64,000 nucleotides of DNA, from the NCBI GenBank assembly GCA_964478755.1, contig CAYZJP010000004.1, forward strand, positions 16,738 through 80,737, in the 5' to 3' direction. Position numbers and translations under genes: made by a program. A model generated the notes under the pieces. The model saw nothing but the letters and a program-made list of their open reading frames with translations. It was not told the DNA's origin and did no database searches. Numbering within the stretch: the stretch's first letter is position 1; the number at the start of each line of letters is the position of its first letter. Origin of the DNA: an uncultured Klebsiella sp. GTDB lineage: Bacteria; Verrucomicrobiota; Verrucomicrobiia; Limisphaerales; SXTU01. Shown piece by piece: positions 26,511 to 36,058 of this stretch.

Positions 26511-27512
26511 ATGCGCTCCACTTGTTTCGCCGCCCTGCTTGGCCTGCTCGTCTCCGCTTCCGCCGCCGATCTGCCTGAGGGCGTCCGGCGCGTGAAGGTT
26601 TTGAACTACCCGGACTGCTTCGAACTCTTCAACGCCGACACGCGCGTGACCCTCTGCCACCAAGTCGGCGGACGCGTGCTGGAGTATGAGCATAAAGGCA
26701 AGAACGCGCTTTACCTCGACCCCAAGGAGGCAAAGTGGAACACCCCGGGCGGGCCGAAAGCACCGTCCAGCGCGGGCCGGTTCGACATCGGGCCGGAGTA
26801 TCTGATCCCCACGCGCAACACGCTCTGGGTCGGCGAATGGCAGGCCGAGGCCATCGGACCGCGCGCCGTGCGGCTGACGAGCAAACCCGACGACGCGACT
26901 GGCGTGCAACTAGTCCGCGAGTTCACGCTCGACGCGAAGTCCTCGCATCTCGCCTGCAAACAAGTCATCAAGAACGTTTCATCCGAGACGAAGTTCTGGA
27001 CGCACTGGAGCCGCACGTTCGGGGTGCATGGTGGCATTGGCGTCATCCCGCAGACGCCGGACACGCGCCGGTTTCCGAACGGCTTCGTGATGTATAACCA
27101 AGGCGCGGAGCACTCGATCATCTTGAAGCCCACGGACCCAAACGTGCGGATGCGCGGGAATTTCCTTGAAGTGCTCGGCCCGACGAAGCAGCCCAAGCTC
27201 GGCTTCGACTCGAACGCCGGGTGGTTTGCCTACGTGATGCCGCACGACCAGGCGTTCGTGAAGCGCTACCCGTCACCGAAGGACGGCGTGTATCCCGAGA
27301 TCGCCGGGCTGACGCTGTGCTTCTGGTATCCGCAGGCGAGCTTCGTGCCCGCGTGCGAGCTGGAGCCGCACGGCCCGCGCAAGCCCATCGCGCCCGGCGC
27401 GAGCGTGAGCTTCACCGAGGACTGGTATCTGCTCCCGCACAAGTTCCCGGCGGCGGGCGAGCAGATGGATTTGGAAAAGCTCGCAGCGCAGGTCGAGCGG
27501 GCAATCAAGTAA
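26511..27512 (+). CDS. hypothetical exported protein
   Basis: A signal peptide (MRSTCFAALLGLLVSASA) is present, and composition is coding-like throughout. I cannot name a family confidently, though a mutarotase-like beta-sandwich is possible. Confidence 0.65.
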   Translation: MRSTCFAALLGLLVSASAADLPEGVRRVKVLNYPDCFELFNADTRVTLCHQVGGRVLEYEHKGKNALYLDPKEAKWNTPGGPKAPSSAGRFDIGPEYLIPTRNTLWVGEWQAEAIGPRAVRLTSKPDDATGVQLVREFTLDAKSSHLACKQVIKNVSSETKFWTHWSRTFGVHGGIGVIPQTPDTRRFPNGFVMYNQGAEHSIILKPTDPNVRMRGNFLEVLGPTKQPKLGFDSNAGWFAYVMPHDQAFVKRYPSPKDGVYPEIAGLTLCFWYPQASFVPACELEPHGPRKPIAPGASVSFTEDWYLLPHKFPAAGEQMDLEKLAAQVERAIK

Positions 27513-27528
27513 ACTGAACTTTCTTGCC

Positions 27529-28566
27529 ATGCCCATTCCCGTCGCCGTTCTCACTCACGCCGGTGGTCCGCATCTCGACGCCTATCTCGTCGGTCTTGCA
27601 GCCAGCAGCGAAGTGGGCGAAGTTTCCCTTGCTGATCCGAGTGGAGCCACTTTCGCCGCCGCGCAAAAGTCACTCGGGCCGAAGCTGAAGGCCACGGGCA
27701 AGGACGTCGCCACTGTGCTGCTCGAGTCGAAGCCGCAGCTCGCGCTCGTCACGATGGAGGCCGTGCTCGCGCCGCCGGCGATCGACGCGGCGCTGGAGCA
27801 GGGCTGCCACGTGATGGCCGAGAAGCCCGCGTGCGTGCGCGCGGCGGACTTCGAGCCGCTCGTGCGCAAGGCCGAGGGCAAGCATCTCCATCTCACGCTC
27901 GCGTTTGCGAATCGTCTGCTCCCGGAGGCGCGCGAGGCGCGGCGGCTCGTGAGCGAAGGCCGCTTCGGCAAGCTCTACGGCGTCGAGATTCATCTCGTTG
28001 CGGACCAGACGCGGCTGAAGAGCGAGAGCTATCGCAAGAACTGGTTCGCGCAGAAGTCGCGCGCGGGCGGCGGACACTTCACGTGGCTGGGCATTCACTG
28101 GCTGGACTTGGCGCTCTTCATCACCGGCGCGGAAGTCGAGGCCGTCGCGGGCTTCTCAGGAAACGTCGGTGGGCAGCCGTTGGACGTGGAAGACTCGAAC
28201 GCCGCGGCGTTGCGATTCAACAACGGTATGTTCGGCATGATGATCAGCGGCTACTACTTGGATCGCGGCTATCATCAGCACATCAAGCTCTGGGGCGCAC
28301 AGGGCTGGCTGGAGATGAACGAGCAGAGCGAGGTTCCCCTCAAGTGGTATTCCACCGCCGACCCGAAGGTGAGCGGCGTGCAGAGCTTCACGCCGCCAAA
28401 GGAGCCGACGGGCTACACGCCGTGGGTCCACGCCTGCACGCGCGCCGCCGCCGGCCTGCAAGCCCCGCCGGTGACGGGTCGCGAAGGTCTGCGCGTGCTC
28501 GATACGATCTACGCCTTCTACGACGCGGCGAAGACAGGCCGCACGATGTCGGTGCGGCGCAACTGA
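27529..28566 (+). CDS. Gfo/Idh/MocA family oxidoreductase
   Basis: It has an N-terminal Rossmann-like segment, CHVMAEKPAC (the EKP motif), and a C-terminal alpha/beta domain. Confidence 0.82.
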   Translation: MPIPVAVLTHAGGPHLDAYLVGLAASSEVGEVSLADPSGATFAAAQKSLGPKLKATGKDVATVLLESKPQLALVTMEAVLAPPAIDAALEQGCHVMAEKPACVRAADFEPLVRKAEGKHLHLTLAFANRLLPEAREARRLVSEGRFGKLYGVEIHLVADQTRLKSESYRKNWFAQKSRAGGGHFTWLGIHWLDLALFITGAEVEAVAGFSGNVGGQPLDVEDSNAAALRFNNGMFGMMISGYYLDRGYHQHIKLWGAQGWLEMNEQSEVPLKWYSTADPKVSGVQSFTPPKEPTGYTPWVHACTRAAAGLQAPPVTGREGLRVLDTIYAFYDAAKTGRTMSVRRN

Positions 28567-28688
28567 GCTGCCCGCCCGGCATCCGGTGCTTGAACCTCCG
28601 TCACCTCGCCGCGTATCACTTCACCGTGCCACAGCCCTTGTCAGCCTCAACGCAGGCCCGCGCGCGAGTCCGCCAGCGCGCGTTTGTC

Positions 28689-31220
28689 ATGGCTGTGCTG
28701 CTCGTGCCTCTCGTGGTGGTGGCCGCGCCGCCGGTGGACTTCGCGCGCGAGGTGCGTCCGCTGCTGGTGAAGCGCTGCCTCTCGTGCCACGACGCGGAAC
28801 ACGCGAAGGGCGGTCTGCGCCTCGACTCCCGCGAAGCGGCCTTCAAAGGCGGCAAGTCGAAGCAACCCGCGCTCGTCCCCGGCACGCCCGCGAAGAGCGA
28901 ACTGGTCAAGCGCATCATCACGCCCGACGCGGACGAGCTGATGCCGCCGAAGGGCGGCGCGCTGACTGCGGCGCAGATCGCCTTGCTCACGCGCTGGATC
29001 GAGCAGGGTGCGAACTGGCCGGCCGACAGCGCGGCGAGGCACTGGGCCTTCGTGCCGCCCGTTCGCCCGCCTGTCCCAGCGGTGAAAAGCAAGTCATGGC
29101 CGCGCAACGCCATTGACCACTTCGTCCTCGCGAAACTGGAGGAGCGCGGCTGGCAGCCGTCAGCCCAGGCCGAGCAGCGCGTGCTGCTCCGGCGCGTGTT
29201 CCTCGACCTCACAGGCCTGCCACCAACGCTGGCGGAACAGGACAAGTTCCTCGCCGACAATTCGTCCGACGCCTTCACGCGGCTCGTGGATGAGTTGCTC
29301 GCTCGCACAAGCTACGGCGAACGCTGGGGCCGTCACTGGCTCGACCTCGCGCGATACGCGGAGACCAACGGCTACGAGCGCGACGCCATCAAGCCCAGCG
29401 TCTGGCGCTACCGAGATTACGTCATCGCCGCCTTCAACTCGGACAAGCCCTACGACCGCTTCATCCGCGAGCAACTCGCCGGCGACGAGTTGCCCGATGC
29501 GAACGCCGAGACGCTCATCGCCACCGGCTTCCTCCGCCTCGGCCCGTGGGACGACGAGCCGGCCGACCCCGTGCAGGACCGCGCGGACCAGGTGGACGAC
29601 ATGATCCGCACGACGGCGCAGGCCTTCCTCGGCGTCACGCTCGGCTGCGCGCGCTGCCACGACCACAAGTTCGACCCGCTCACCGCGCGCGATTACTACA
29701 GCCTTGCCGCCGTCTTCGCGCCGCTGAAGCGCACGCAGTCCGGCCGCAGCGACCTCGACGCGCCCGCCGGGACGCGCGCGGAACTCAAGGCGCTAGCTGC
29801 CTGTGACCAACGCATCGCGGCGCTGACGAAGGAGATTGAGGCCGCTCGCAGTGAGTTTCGTAACGCCTTCCTCTCAGGCGGCAAGTCTGCCTTACCCGCC
29901 GACGCGCTCACCGCCTTCCGCACGGATGCGAAGCAACAGTCACCCGCGCAGAAGGAACTCGTGAAACAGTTCACGCCACAGCTAGACGCGGAGCTTGCCA
30001 AGGCCCTGCCCGCCGAAGCCCGCACCCGCATCGCCGCCGCCGAAGCCACCATCGCCGAGCTGCGCCGCGCCACACCCGATCTGCCGCGCGGCTACTTCCC
30101 CAGCGAGCCGAGCGGCGTGCCACCGAAGAGCTACGTCCTGCTGCGCGGGAGCGCGCACAGCCCCGGCGCGGAGGTCTTCCCCGCTGTCCCGGTCGCGCTG
30201 ACTGTGAAGCAGCCCGTCTTCCCGTCACCCGATGAGTTCACGATGCACAGACGCTTGGTGCTTGCGAACTGGATTGCCAGCCCCGACAACCCGCTCACCG
30301 CGCGCGTGATCGTCAACCGCGTCTGGCAGCACCATTTCGGGGAAGGCCTCGTGCGGACGCCCAGCGACTTCGGCCTCATCGGGGCCGCGCCCACGCACCC
30401 GGAGTTGCTCGACTGGCTGGCGGATTGGTTCGTGAAGGAAGGCGGCTGGTCAGTGAAGAAGTTGCACCGGCTGATTCTGGCAAGCGCGACGTGGCAGCAG
30501 CGGGGGGCAGTCGAGAGTCGAGAGTCGAGAGTCGAAGGGCCGAAGGCACGAATGTCCGTAGCCCTCGACCCTCGACCTTCGACCCTCGACCCAGAAAACC
30601 TTCTGCTCGCCCGCTTCCCCTACCGCCGACTCGAAGTCGAGGCCATCCGGGACTCGATGCTTGCCGTGAGCGGGCGGCTCAACCCCCGCGTCGGCGGGCC
30701 GAGCATGTATCCCGAAGTGCCGAAGGAAGCCCTCGCCGGCAGCAGCGACCCGGGCAGCATCTGGAAGCCCTTCGATGAAGCCGACGCCTCGCGTCGCACC
30801 GTGTATGCCTTCCTGAAACGCTCGTTCGTCGTGCCGATGCTCGAAGTGCTGGACGTGTGCGACACCACGCAGAGCAGCGACAAACGCGCCGTCACCAGCA
30901 TCGCCCCGCAGGCGCTCACGCTCTTCAACGGCGAGTTCGTGAACCGCCAGGCCAGCCATTTCGCCGACCGCCTCCGCCGCGAGGCCGGGCCGCTGCCGGC
31001 GGACAAAATCCAGCTCGCGTGGCGGCTCGCTCTGTCCCGCCCGCCCAAGCCCGAAGAACTCGCCGCGATGCAACGCTTCCTCGCCGAGGAAACCGCCAGC
31101 CAGCTCCGCGAAGCCACCGTCGCAAGTCGCAACATCTCCACCGACGAAGCCGCCCAAGCCGCCCTCACCCAACTATGCCGCGTGGTTCTGAACCTCAACG
31201 AGTTTGTCTATCCCGATTGA
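28689..31220 (+). CDS. PSCyt1 / DUF1549 / DUF1553 protein
   Basis: The ATG at 28689 gives a signal peptide, then [22 protein letters not shown] (PSCyt1), [18 protein letters not shown], and a DUF1553 C-terminus. It pairs with the downstream DUF1501 gene. Confidence 0.9.
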   Translation: MAVLLVPLVVVAAPPVDFAREVRPLLVKRCLSCHDAEHAKGGLRLDSREAAFKGGKSKQPALVPGTPAKSELVKRIITPDADELMPPKGGALTAAQIALLTRWIEQGANWPADSAARHWAFVPPVRPPVPAVKSKSWPRNAIDHFVLAKLEERGWQPSAQAEQRVLLRRVFLDLTGLPPTLAEQDKFLADNSSDAFTRLVDELLARTSYGERWGRHWLDLARYAETNGYERDAIKPSVWRYRDYVIAAFNSDKPYDRFIREQLAGDELPDANAETLIATGFLRLGPWDDEPADPVQDRADQVDDMIRTTAQAFLGVTLGCARCHDHKFDPLTARDYYSLAAVFAPLKRTQSGRSDLDAPAGTRAELKALAACDQRIAALTKEIEAARSEFRNAFLSGGKSALPADALTAFRTDAKQQSPAQKELVKQFTPQLDAELAKALPAEARTRIAAAEATIAELRRATPDLPRGYFPSEPSGVPPKSYVLLRGSAHSPGAEVFPAVPVALTVKQPVFPSPDEFTMHRRLVLANWIASPDNPLTARVIVNRVWQHHFGEGLVRTPSDFGLIGAAPTHPELLDWLADWFVKEGGWSVKKLHRLILASATWQQRGAVESRESRVEGPKARMSVALDPRPSTLDPENLLLARFPYRRLEVEAIRDSMLAVSGRLNPRVGGPSMYPEVPKEALAGSSDPGSIWKPFDEADASRRTVYAFLKRSFVVPMLEVLDVCDTTQSSDKRAVTSIAPQALTLFNGEFVNRQASHFADRLRREAGPLPADKIQLAWRLALSRPPKPEELAAMQRFLAEETASQLREATVASRNISTDEAAQAALTQLCRVVLNLNEFVYPD
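30510..30591. repeat. complete tandem-heptamer hairpin, in frame inside the DUF1553 gene
   Basis: The left arm is GTCGAGA x3 plus GTCGAAG-GGC (30510-30540). The loop is 20 nt. The right arm is GCC-CTCGACC CTCGACC TTCGACC CTCGACC (30561-30591). It encodes [28 protein letters not shown]. Confidence 0.88.
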
Positions 31221-31232
31221 GGAGCTGAACGA

Positions 31233-31547
31233 GTGAGCACACTGAAGACTATTTGCAGGGTGGTTTGGTTCGGTATCATCGCCGAGGCAGTTGCACTGTT
31301 GGCATCGGTCGCACTCTATTCGTTGAGGCATGGACGGGAGCCGATGCAACCGCCTTTCAATTGGACTGCCACAGTGCTTCAGATGCCGGGGATATTCGTT
31401 GCCGAATGGCTGGCTGGGGCATCGACAATCTACTCGGCCTGGATCCAATGGGGTGTGATATTCTGCGTTCAGTCCCTGCTATGGAGCTGTATCGGCCTCG
31501 GGTTACTGGCATGGCGGAATAGGAAGGGTCGGAAGGCGAAAACCTAA
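31233..31547 (+). CDS. hypothetical small membrane protein
   Basis: The GTG start has a GGAG 9 nt upstream. It has three hydrophobic segments and is lower in GC. It is wedged between the DUF1553 and DUF1501 partner genes. Confidence 0.5.
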   Translation: MSTLKTICRVVWFGIIAEAVALLASVALYSLRHGREPMQPPFNWTATVLQMPGIFVAEWLAGASTIYSAWIQWGVIFCVQSLLWSCIGLGLLAWRNRKGRKAKT

Positions 31548-31560
31548 CTACAACTAAACC

Positions 31561-33033
31561 ATGCGCCCACACCACACCTTCCGCCCGCAGCCGACCCCTT
31601 GCGGACGCACACGCAGGGAATTCCTCTGGCAGGCTGGCGCGGGGTTCGCCGGACTGGGACTGCTCGACCTTCTCCTGCGCGATGGCTTCTTCTCCACCGC
31701 ACAGGCGGCGTCGCCCGCCGCCACATCCCCGCTGGCTCCGCGTGTGCCGCACTTCGCGGCGAAGGCCAAGCACGTCATCTTCCTCTTCATGAACGGTGCG
31801 CCCAGCCAGGTGGACACCTTTGACCCCAAGCCCGAGCTGGCGAAGCACCACGGGCAACCCTACGCCGGCAAGGTCAAGGCCGTCGGCTCCAATGGCCGTC
31901 CCGTGGGCTACCTCATGCAGTCACCCTTCGCCTTTCAGCCCCACGGGCAGAGCGGCCTGCCCATCAGCAGCCTGTTCCCCCACACGTCAAAGTTCGCCGA
32001 TGACCTCTGCGTGCTCCGCTCCCTCTACACGGACACGGCGGCGCACGCCTCGGGATGCCTTCAGATGAACACAGGCAGCATCTTCATCGGCAAGCCCAGC
32101 CTGGGCGCGTGGCTCAGCTATGGCCTTGGCTCCCTGAATGCCGTCCTCCCGAGCTTCGTGGTCATGACGGACCCGCGCGGCGGGCCTATCGGCAGCGCCT
32201 CGAACTGGACTGCCGGCTACATGCCCGCTGCCTATCAAGGCACGCTCTTCCGTAGCAAGGGCAGCCCGCTCCTGGACCTCTCGGCCCCGGAGGGTGTCAC
32301 CCCGCGCGGCCAGCGGCGTTCCCTTGACCTTCTCAGGGAGTTGAACGAGCAGCACCACCGTGACCGTCCGCAGGAGAGCGAGTTATCCGCGCGCATCCTC
32401 TCCTATGAGCTGGCGTATCAAATGCAGACCAGTGCGGCGGGCATCGTGGATTTGAAGGACGAACCGGCAGCCACCCGCGAGCTATACGGCCTTGACCAGC
32501 CGCTCACCGCCGACTTCGGCGCCAAGTGCCTGCTGGCCAGGCGGCTGGTGGAGAAGGGGGTGCGCTTCGTGCAGCTCTACTCAGGCGGCGGCCATCTGGA
32601 GGACACCTGGGACGGCCACAGCGATTGCACGAAGAACCACACCCTCCATGCCGGCGAGACCGACCGCCCCATAGCCGCGCTCATAACGGACCTCAAGCGG
32701 ACGGGCCTCTGGGGTGAGACGCTGCTCGTGTGGGGCGGGGAGTTCGGCCGAACGCCTACCAGTGAGGGCGTCGGCAAGCCGGGCCGCGACCATAACTGGC
32801 ACGGTTTCTCAATGTGGCTGGCCGGGGGGGGCGTGCGCGGAGGGCAGGCCATCGGGGCCACGGATGACTTGGGCTTCGAGGCGGTGGATGACCGGCACCA
32901 CGTCTCCGACCTGCACGCGACCGTCCTGCACCTCATGGGCCTCGACCACGAGAAGCTCACGTATTTCTACCAGGGCCTGGAGCAGCGCATCACCGGCGTG
33001 CGCGGGGAAGTCATCAAGCGAGCGCTGGCGTGA
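31561..33033 (+). CDS. DUF1501 domain protein (sulfatase-fold, Tat-type signal)
   Basis: Motifs are RREFLWQAGAGFAGLGLL, FLFMNGAPSQVDTFDPKPE and WGGEFGRTP...GRDHN. Confidence 0.9.
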   Translation: MRPHHTFRPQPTPCGRTRREFLWQAGAGFAGLGLLDLLLRDGFFSTAQAASPAATSPLAPRVPHFAAKAKHVIFLFMNGAPSQVDTFDPKPELAKHHGQPYAGKVKAVGSNGRPVGYLMQSPFAFQPHGQSGLPISSLFPHTSKFADDLCVLRSLYTDTAAHASGCLQMNTGSIFIGKPSLGAWLSYGLGSLNAVLPSFVVMTDPRGGPIGSASNWTAGYMPAAYQGTLFRSKGSPLLDLSAPEGVTPRGQRRSLDLLRELNEQHHRDRPQESELSARILSYELAYQMQTSAAGIVDLKDEPAATRELYGLDQPLTADFGAKCLLARRLVEKGVRFVQLYSGGGHLEDTWDGHSDCTKNHTLHAGETDRPIAALITDLKRTGLWGETLLVWGGEFGRTPTSEGVGKPGRDHNWHGFSMWLAGGGVRGGQAIGATDDLGFEAVDDRHHVSDLHATVLHLMGLDHEKLTYFYQGLEQRITGVRGEVIKRALA

Positions 33034-33080
33034 GGCGATTTTCCGTGGTGTGGTTCATGCGGGCTAAGGCGGAGGGAAGG

Positions 33081-33341
33081 TCACCAAAGTGGTGCCCATA
33101 GCTCCATGTATGCTTGCACTGGGCCTAACAGGCCGGGTGGCAAATAGTCGAACGGAAGATAAACGAGGTTGAAGGTCTTCCTGCTATCTTGATCATGATT
33201 TAGCAGCCACCAGGCAGGCCCGATGCTCAAAACGTAGAGCACGAATGCGAGCACAGCACTCATGATTAGGCGCACGTAGGAATTGCCGGAGCCGCCCGGT
33301 GCGGAGGAATCGTCGTCGCGCTCTGGCGGGGTGTGGCTCAT
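33081..33341 (-). CDS. hypothetical small membrane protein (MSHTPPERD family)
   Basis: It is an 86-aa ORF with one or two TM segments. A paralogous, frameshifted copy lies at 50241..50503, and the first 28 nt of the two are identical. Confidence 0.55.
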   Translation of the reverse strand: MSHTPPERDDDSSAPGGSGNSYVRLIMSAVLAFVLYVLSIGPAWWLLNHDQDSRKTFNLVYLPFDYLPPGLLGPVQAYMELWAPLW

Positions 33342-33401
33342 GCGGGTTGGCGCTTGAAAATAGTGCGCACGTGGCGTGGGTCAAGGCCACGGGCCGAAAA
33401 G

Positions 33402-35834
33402 TCATTCCCGCACCGTCGCGGAGAGCTTCTGCTTCAGCGCGTCCACGGCCTTCGCGTGTGCTGCGTTCACGTCGGCATCAGTCAGCGTCTTGTCAGCGGC
33501 GCGGTAGGTGAAGGCGTAGGCGAGGCTCTTCTGGCCGGCAGGGACGTTCTTGCCACGGAATATGTCGAACAGCTCCACACTCTCCAAGTTCGCGGGCTTG
33601 GCTTGCTTCACGGCCATCAAGACGGCGTCGTGCGTCGTTGCCTCTGCTACGAGCATCGCCACGTCGCGACGGCTTGCGGGGAACTGCGGCAGCGGCTTGA
33701 AGGACTTGTTTCGGTTGCCGCGCGCGAGGAGTTCGTCGAGGCGAAGTTCCGCGAGGAAGACGGCGTCGCGCAGGTCGTATTGCTTCGCGAGCGTCGGGAG
33801 AAGCTGCCCGAGTTCGCCGAGTTGGACCTTGCCGCCGAGCGTGATGGCGGCGGATTCAAGGAAGAGCGCGTTCGGCTCGGCGCGCTTGCCGAACTGCACG
33901 CCGCGCAGGCCGAAGTGCTCCAGCACATCCTCGACAAGCCCCTTCAAGTCCATCGCGTCAAACTTCGCATCGCGGTCGTCGCCGCTCCAGAAGGCGGGCG
34001 CGCGCTGGCCGGTCAGGGCGATGGCCACGCGGCGCTCCTCCTTCGGCTGGCCGTTCACGCTCGTGAACACGCGGCCCATCTCGAACAGCGCCACATCGTT
34101 GTTCTTGCGGTTCAGATTGTGCCGCAGGGAGTGGATGAGTCCCGGCAACAGCGACGGCCGCAGCACGTCCATGTCGGAACTCAGCGGGTTCGAGAGCGCT
34201 ACGACTTCTTCTGACTTCTGACTTCTGACTTCTGACTTCCCAATCAGCGTCTGCCCCTGTGCCTCGTTCAGCCCGAGGCCGGTGAGCAACCGCCGCACGG
34301 CGGCGATTTCGTCATACACGGCATCGAACGCATTAGTGCCAACCGCGCCGCGCGGGGCGGTGCTGGGAATCTTGTCCACGCCGTGCAGCCGGGCGATTTC
34401 CTCGATGAGGTCCACCTCGCGCTTGAGGTCCACGCGGAAGGTGGGGATGGAAAAGGTTGCCGATTGCGGATTGCCAGTTGCCGATTGAGTGAGGCCGAGG
34501 CTGGTCAAAAACTTCGCCTGCTGCTCCGGCGCGATGGCGAGGCCGAGCAACTCGTCGGTCTTGGCAAACCGCAGGGAAATTTCCTTCGCCTTCGCAGGCT
34601 GCGGGAAGGCATCCACCACGCCCGGCACGAGCGTGCCGCCGGCAGTTTCAAGGACGAGCTGCGCCGCGCGCTGGCTCGCGTAGTCCGCGATGCCGACATC
34701 GCAGCCGCGCTCGAAGCGGTAGCTGGACTCGCTGCGCAGGCCGAGGGCCTTGCTGGTGCGGCGGATATTCGTCGGCGCGAAGTAGGCGCTCTCGATGAGC
34801 ACATCCTTCGTGTCGTCGCGAATCTCCGTGTTCACGCCGCCCATCACGCCCGCAAGCGCAATGCCCTTCTGCTCGTCGGCGATGAGGAGCATATCGCCGG
34901 TGAGCGCGCGCTCCTGATTGTCGAGCGTCTTGAACTTCTCGTCCGCCGCCGCGCGACGGATGACGATAGTGGGTTTGCCATCCGCGCCCTTGGCGATGAG
35001 GTGATAATCGAACGCGTGCAGCGGCTGGCCAGTTTCCAGCATGACGTAGTTCGTCACGTCCACCACGTTGCTGATGCTGCGGATGCCGACCTTCTCCAAC
35101 GTCTGCCGCAGCCAGTCGGGACTCGGCCCGACCTTCACGCCCGTCACGACGCGCGCGGTGTAGCGCGGGCAAAGCTCAGATTCTTCCAAACGCACTGCGA
35201 CGTGCTCCTGAATTCCGACTCCTGACTCCTGACTTCTGACTTCAGGCACCTTCAACGGATTCCCCGTCACCGCCGCAATCTCCCGCGCGATGCCGATGAC
35301 GCTGTTCAAGTCCGGTCGGTTCGGCGTGACTTCGAGGTCATACACCACGTCGCTGCCCGCACGGCCCAGATGCTCCGCGAACGGCTGACCTACTTTCGCG
35401 TCCGGCGGCAGGATGATGATGCCGTCGCCGTCCTCGCCGAGGCCGAGTTCCTTCTTCGAGCACATCATGCCCTGGCTCACGACGCCGAAGACTTTGCGCT
35501 CCTTGATGACGAACGGCTCCTTCTCACCGGCCTTCAGCGGCAGCGCGAAGTTCGGGAGGATGAGCGCGACCTTGTCGCCCGGCTGATGGTTGGGCGCGCC
35601 GCAGATGATGGTGCGCTCGCCGGTGCCGTCGTGGACGCGGTTGACGGAGAGCTTGTCCGAGCCGGCGACCTTGTCCTTCGCGAGCACTTGCGCGACGACG
35701 ACGCCCTCGAACTCGCCGCCGAGCCGCTGCACGCCCTCGACTTCGAGACCGAGCATCGTGAGCCGCTCCGCGAGTTCCGCTGGCGACCAGTTGAAATCAA
35801 CGTATTGCTTGAGCCAGTTAAGGGTGACTTTCAT
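33402..35834 (-). CDS. pheT: phenylalanine--tRNA ligase beta subunit
   Basis: The protein starts MKVTLNWLKQYV. It has a tRNA-binding OB domain, B3/4, B5 and FDX-ACB regions, and CPRYTARV. Confidence 0.93.
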   Translation of the reverse strand: MKVTLNWLKQYVDFNWSPAELAERLTMLGLEVEGVQRLGGEFEGVVVAQVLAKDKVAGSDKLSVNRVHDGTGERTIICGAPNHQPGDKVALILPNFALPLKAGEKEPFVIKERKVFGVVSQGMMCSKKELGLGEDGDGIIILPPDAKVGQPFAEHLGRAGSDVVYDLEVTPNRPDLNSVIGIAREIAAVTGNPLKVPEVRSQESGVGIQEHVAVRLEESELCPRYTARVVTGVKVGPSPDWLRQTLEKVGIRSISNVVDVTNYVMLETGQPLHAFDYHLIAKGADGKPTIVIRRAAADEKFKTLDNQERALTGDMLLIADEQKGIALAGVMGGVNTEIRDDTKDVLIESAYFAPTNIRRTSKALGLRSESSYRFERGCDVGIADYASQRAAQLVLETAGGTLVPGVVDAFPQPAKAKEISLRFAKTDELLGLAIAPEQQAKFLTSLGLTQSATGNPQSATFSIPTFRVDLKREVDLIEEIARLHGVDKIPSTAPRGAVGTNAFDAVYDEIAAVRRLLTGLGLNEAQGQTLIGKSEVRSQKSEEVVALSNPLSSDMDVLRPSLLPGLIHSLRHNLNRKNNDVALFEMGRVFTSVNGQPKEERRVAIALTGQRAPAFWSGDDRDAKFDAMDLKGLVEDVLEHFGLRGVQFGKRAEPNALFLESAAITLGGKVQLGELGQLLPTLAKQYDLRDAVFLAELRLDELLARGNRNKSFKPLPQFPASRRDVAMLVAEATTHDAVLMAVKQAKPANLESVELFDIFRGKNVPAGQKSLAYAFTYRAADKTLTDADVNAAHAKAVDALKQKLSATVRE
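34203..34240 (-). repeat. TCTGACT x4-5 tandem heptamers (AGTCAGA on the coding strand), in frame inside pheT
   Basis: Read directly. The run encodes KSEVRSQKSEEV. Confidence 0.85.
35206..35247 (-). repeat. TCCTGAC-type heptamers x6, in frame inside pheT
   Basis: The units are TCCTGAA TTCCGAC TCCTGAC TCCTGAC TTCTGAC TTCAGGC. The run encodes PEVRSQESGVGIQE. Confidence 0.85.
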
Positions 35835-36055
35835 TTTAATTTTGAGTCCGCAAGGACGGCTTGGCTTCGGTAGGCGCTTGGATTTTCGCTGAGTCGGCCA
35901 CGTTGCACTCCAATGACGTATGCTTCGCAACACGCCGCACAAAGCCTCCGCTTGGAATCCCCGGCTCGACGAACGGATACCTGCACCGTCTTGATGGCTT
36001 CGCTCTCACAAAACCGGTTGTCGCAGTATTTCGTCTTCATCGCTTTGCAGAGCAT
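35831..36055 (-). CDS. hypothetical Cys-rich small protein (possible zinc ribbon)
   Basis: It has the pattern CDNRFC...CAACC. Its stop overlaps the pheT ATG (ATGA at 35831-35834). It starts 3 nt after the upstream ORF's stop. Confidence 0.45.
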   Translation of the reverse strand: MLCKAMKTKYCDNRFCESEAIKTVQVSVRRAGDSKRRLCAACCEAYVIGVQRGRLSENPSAYRSQAVLADSKLK

Positions 36056-36058
36056 CCT

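Noticed and set aside
27831-28688. Upstream extensions of real genes in the ORF track: 27831 for the DUF1553 gene, 16707..18416, 50997..52781, 51054..54212, 59575 and 33402..35942.
   Set aside because: The extensions overlap neighbouring genes or have non-coding composition. In each case an internal ATG or GTG is followed by a signal peptide or a conserved N-terminus and fits better.
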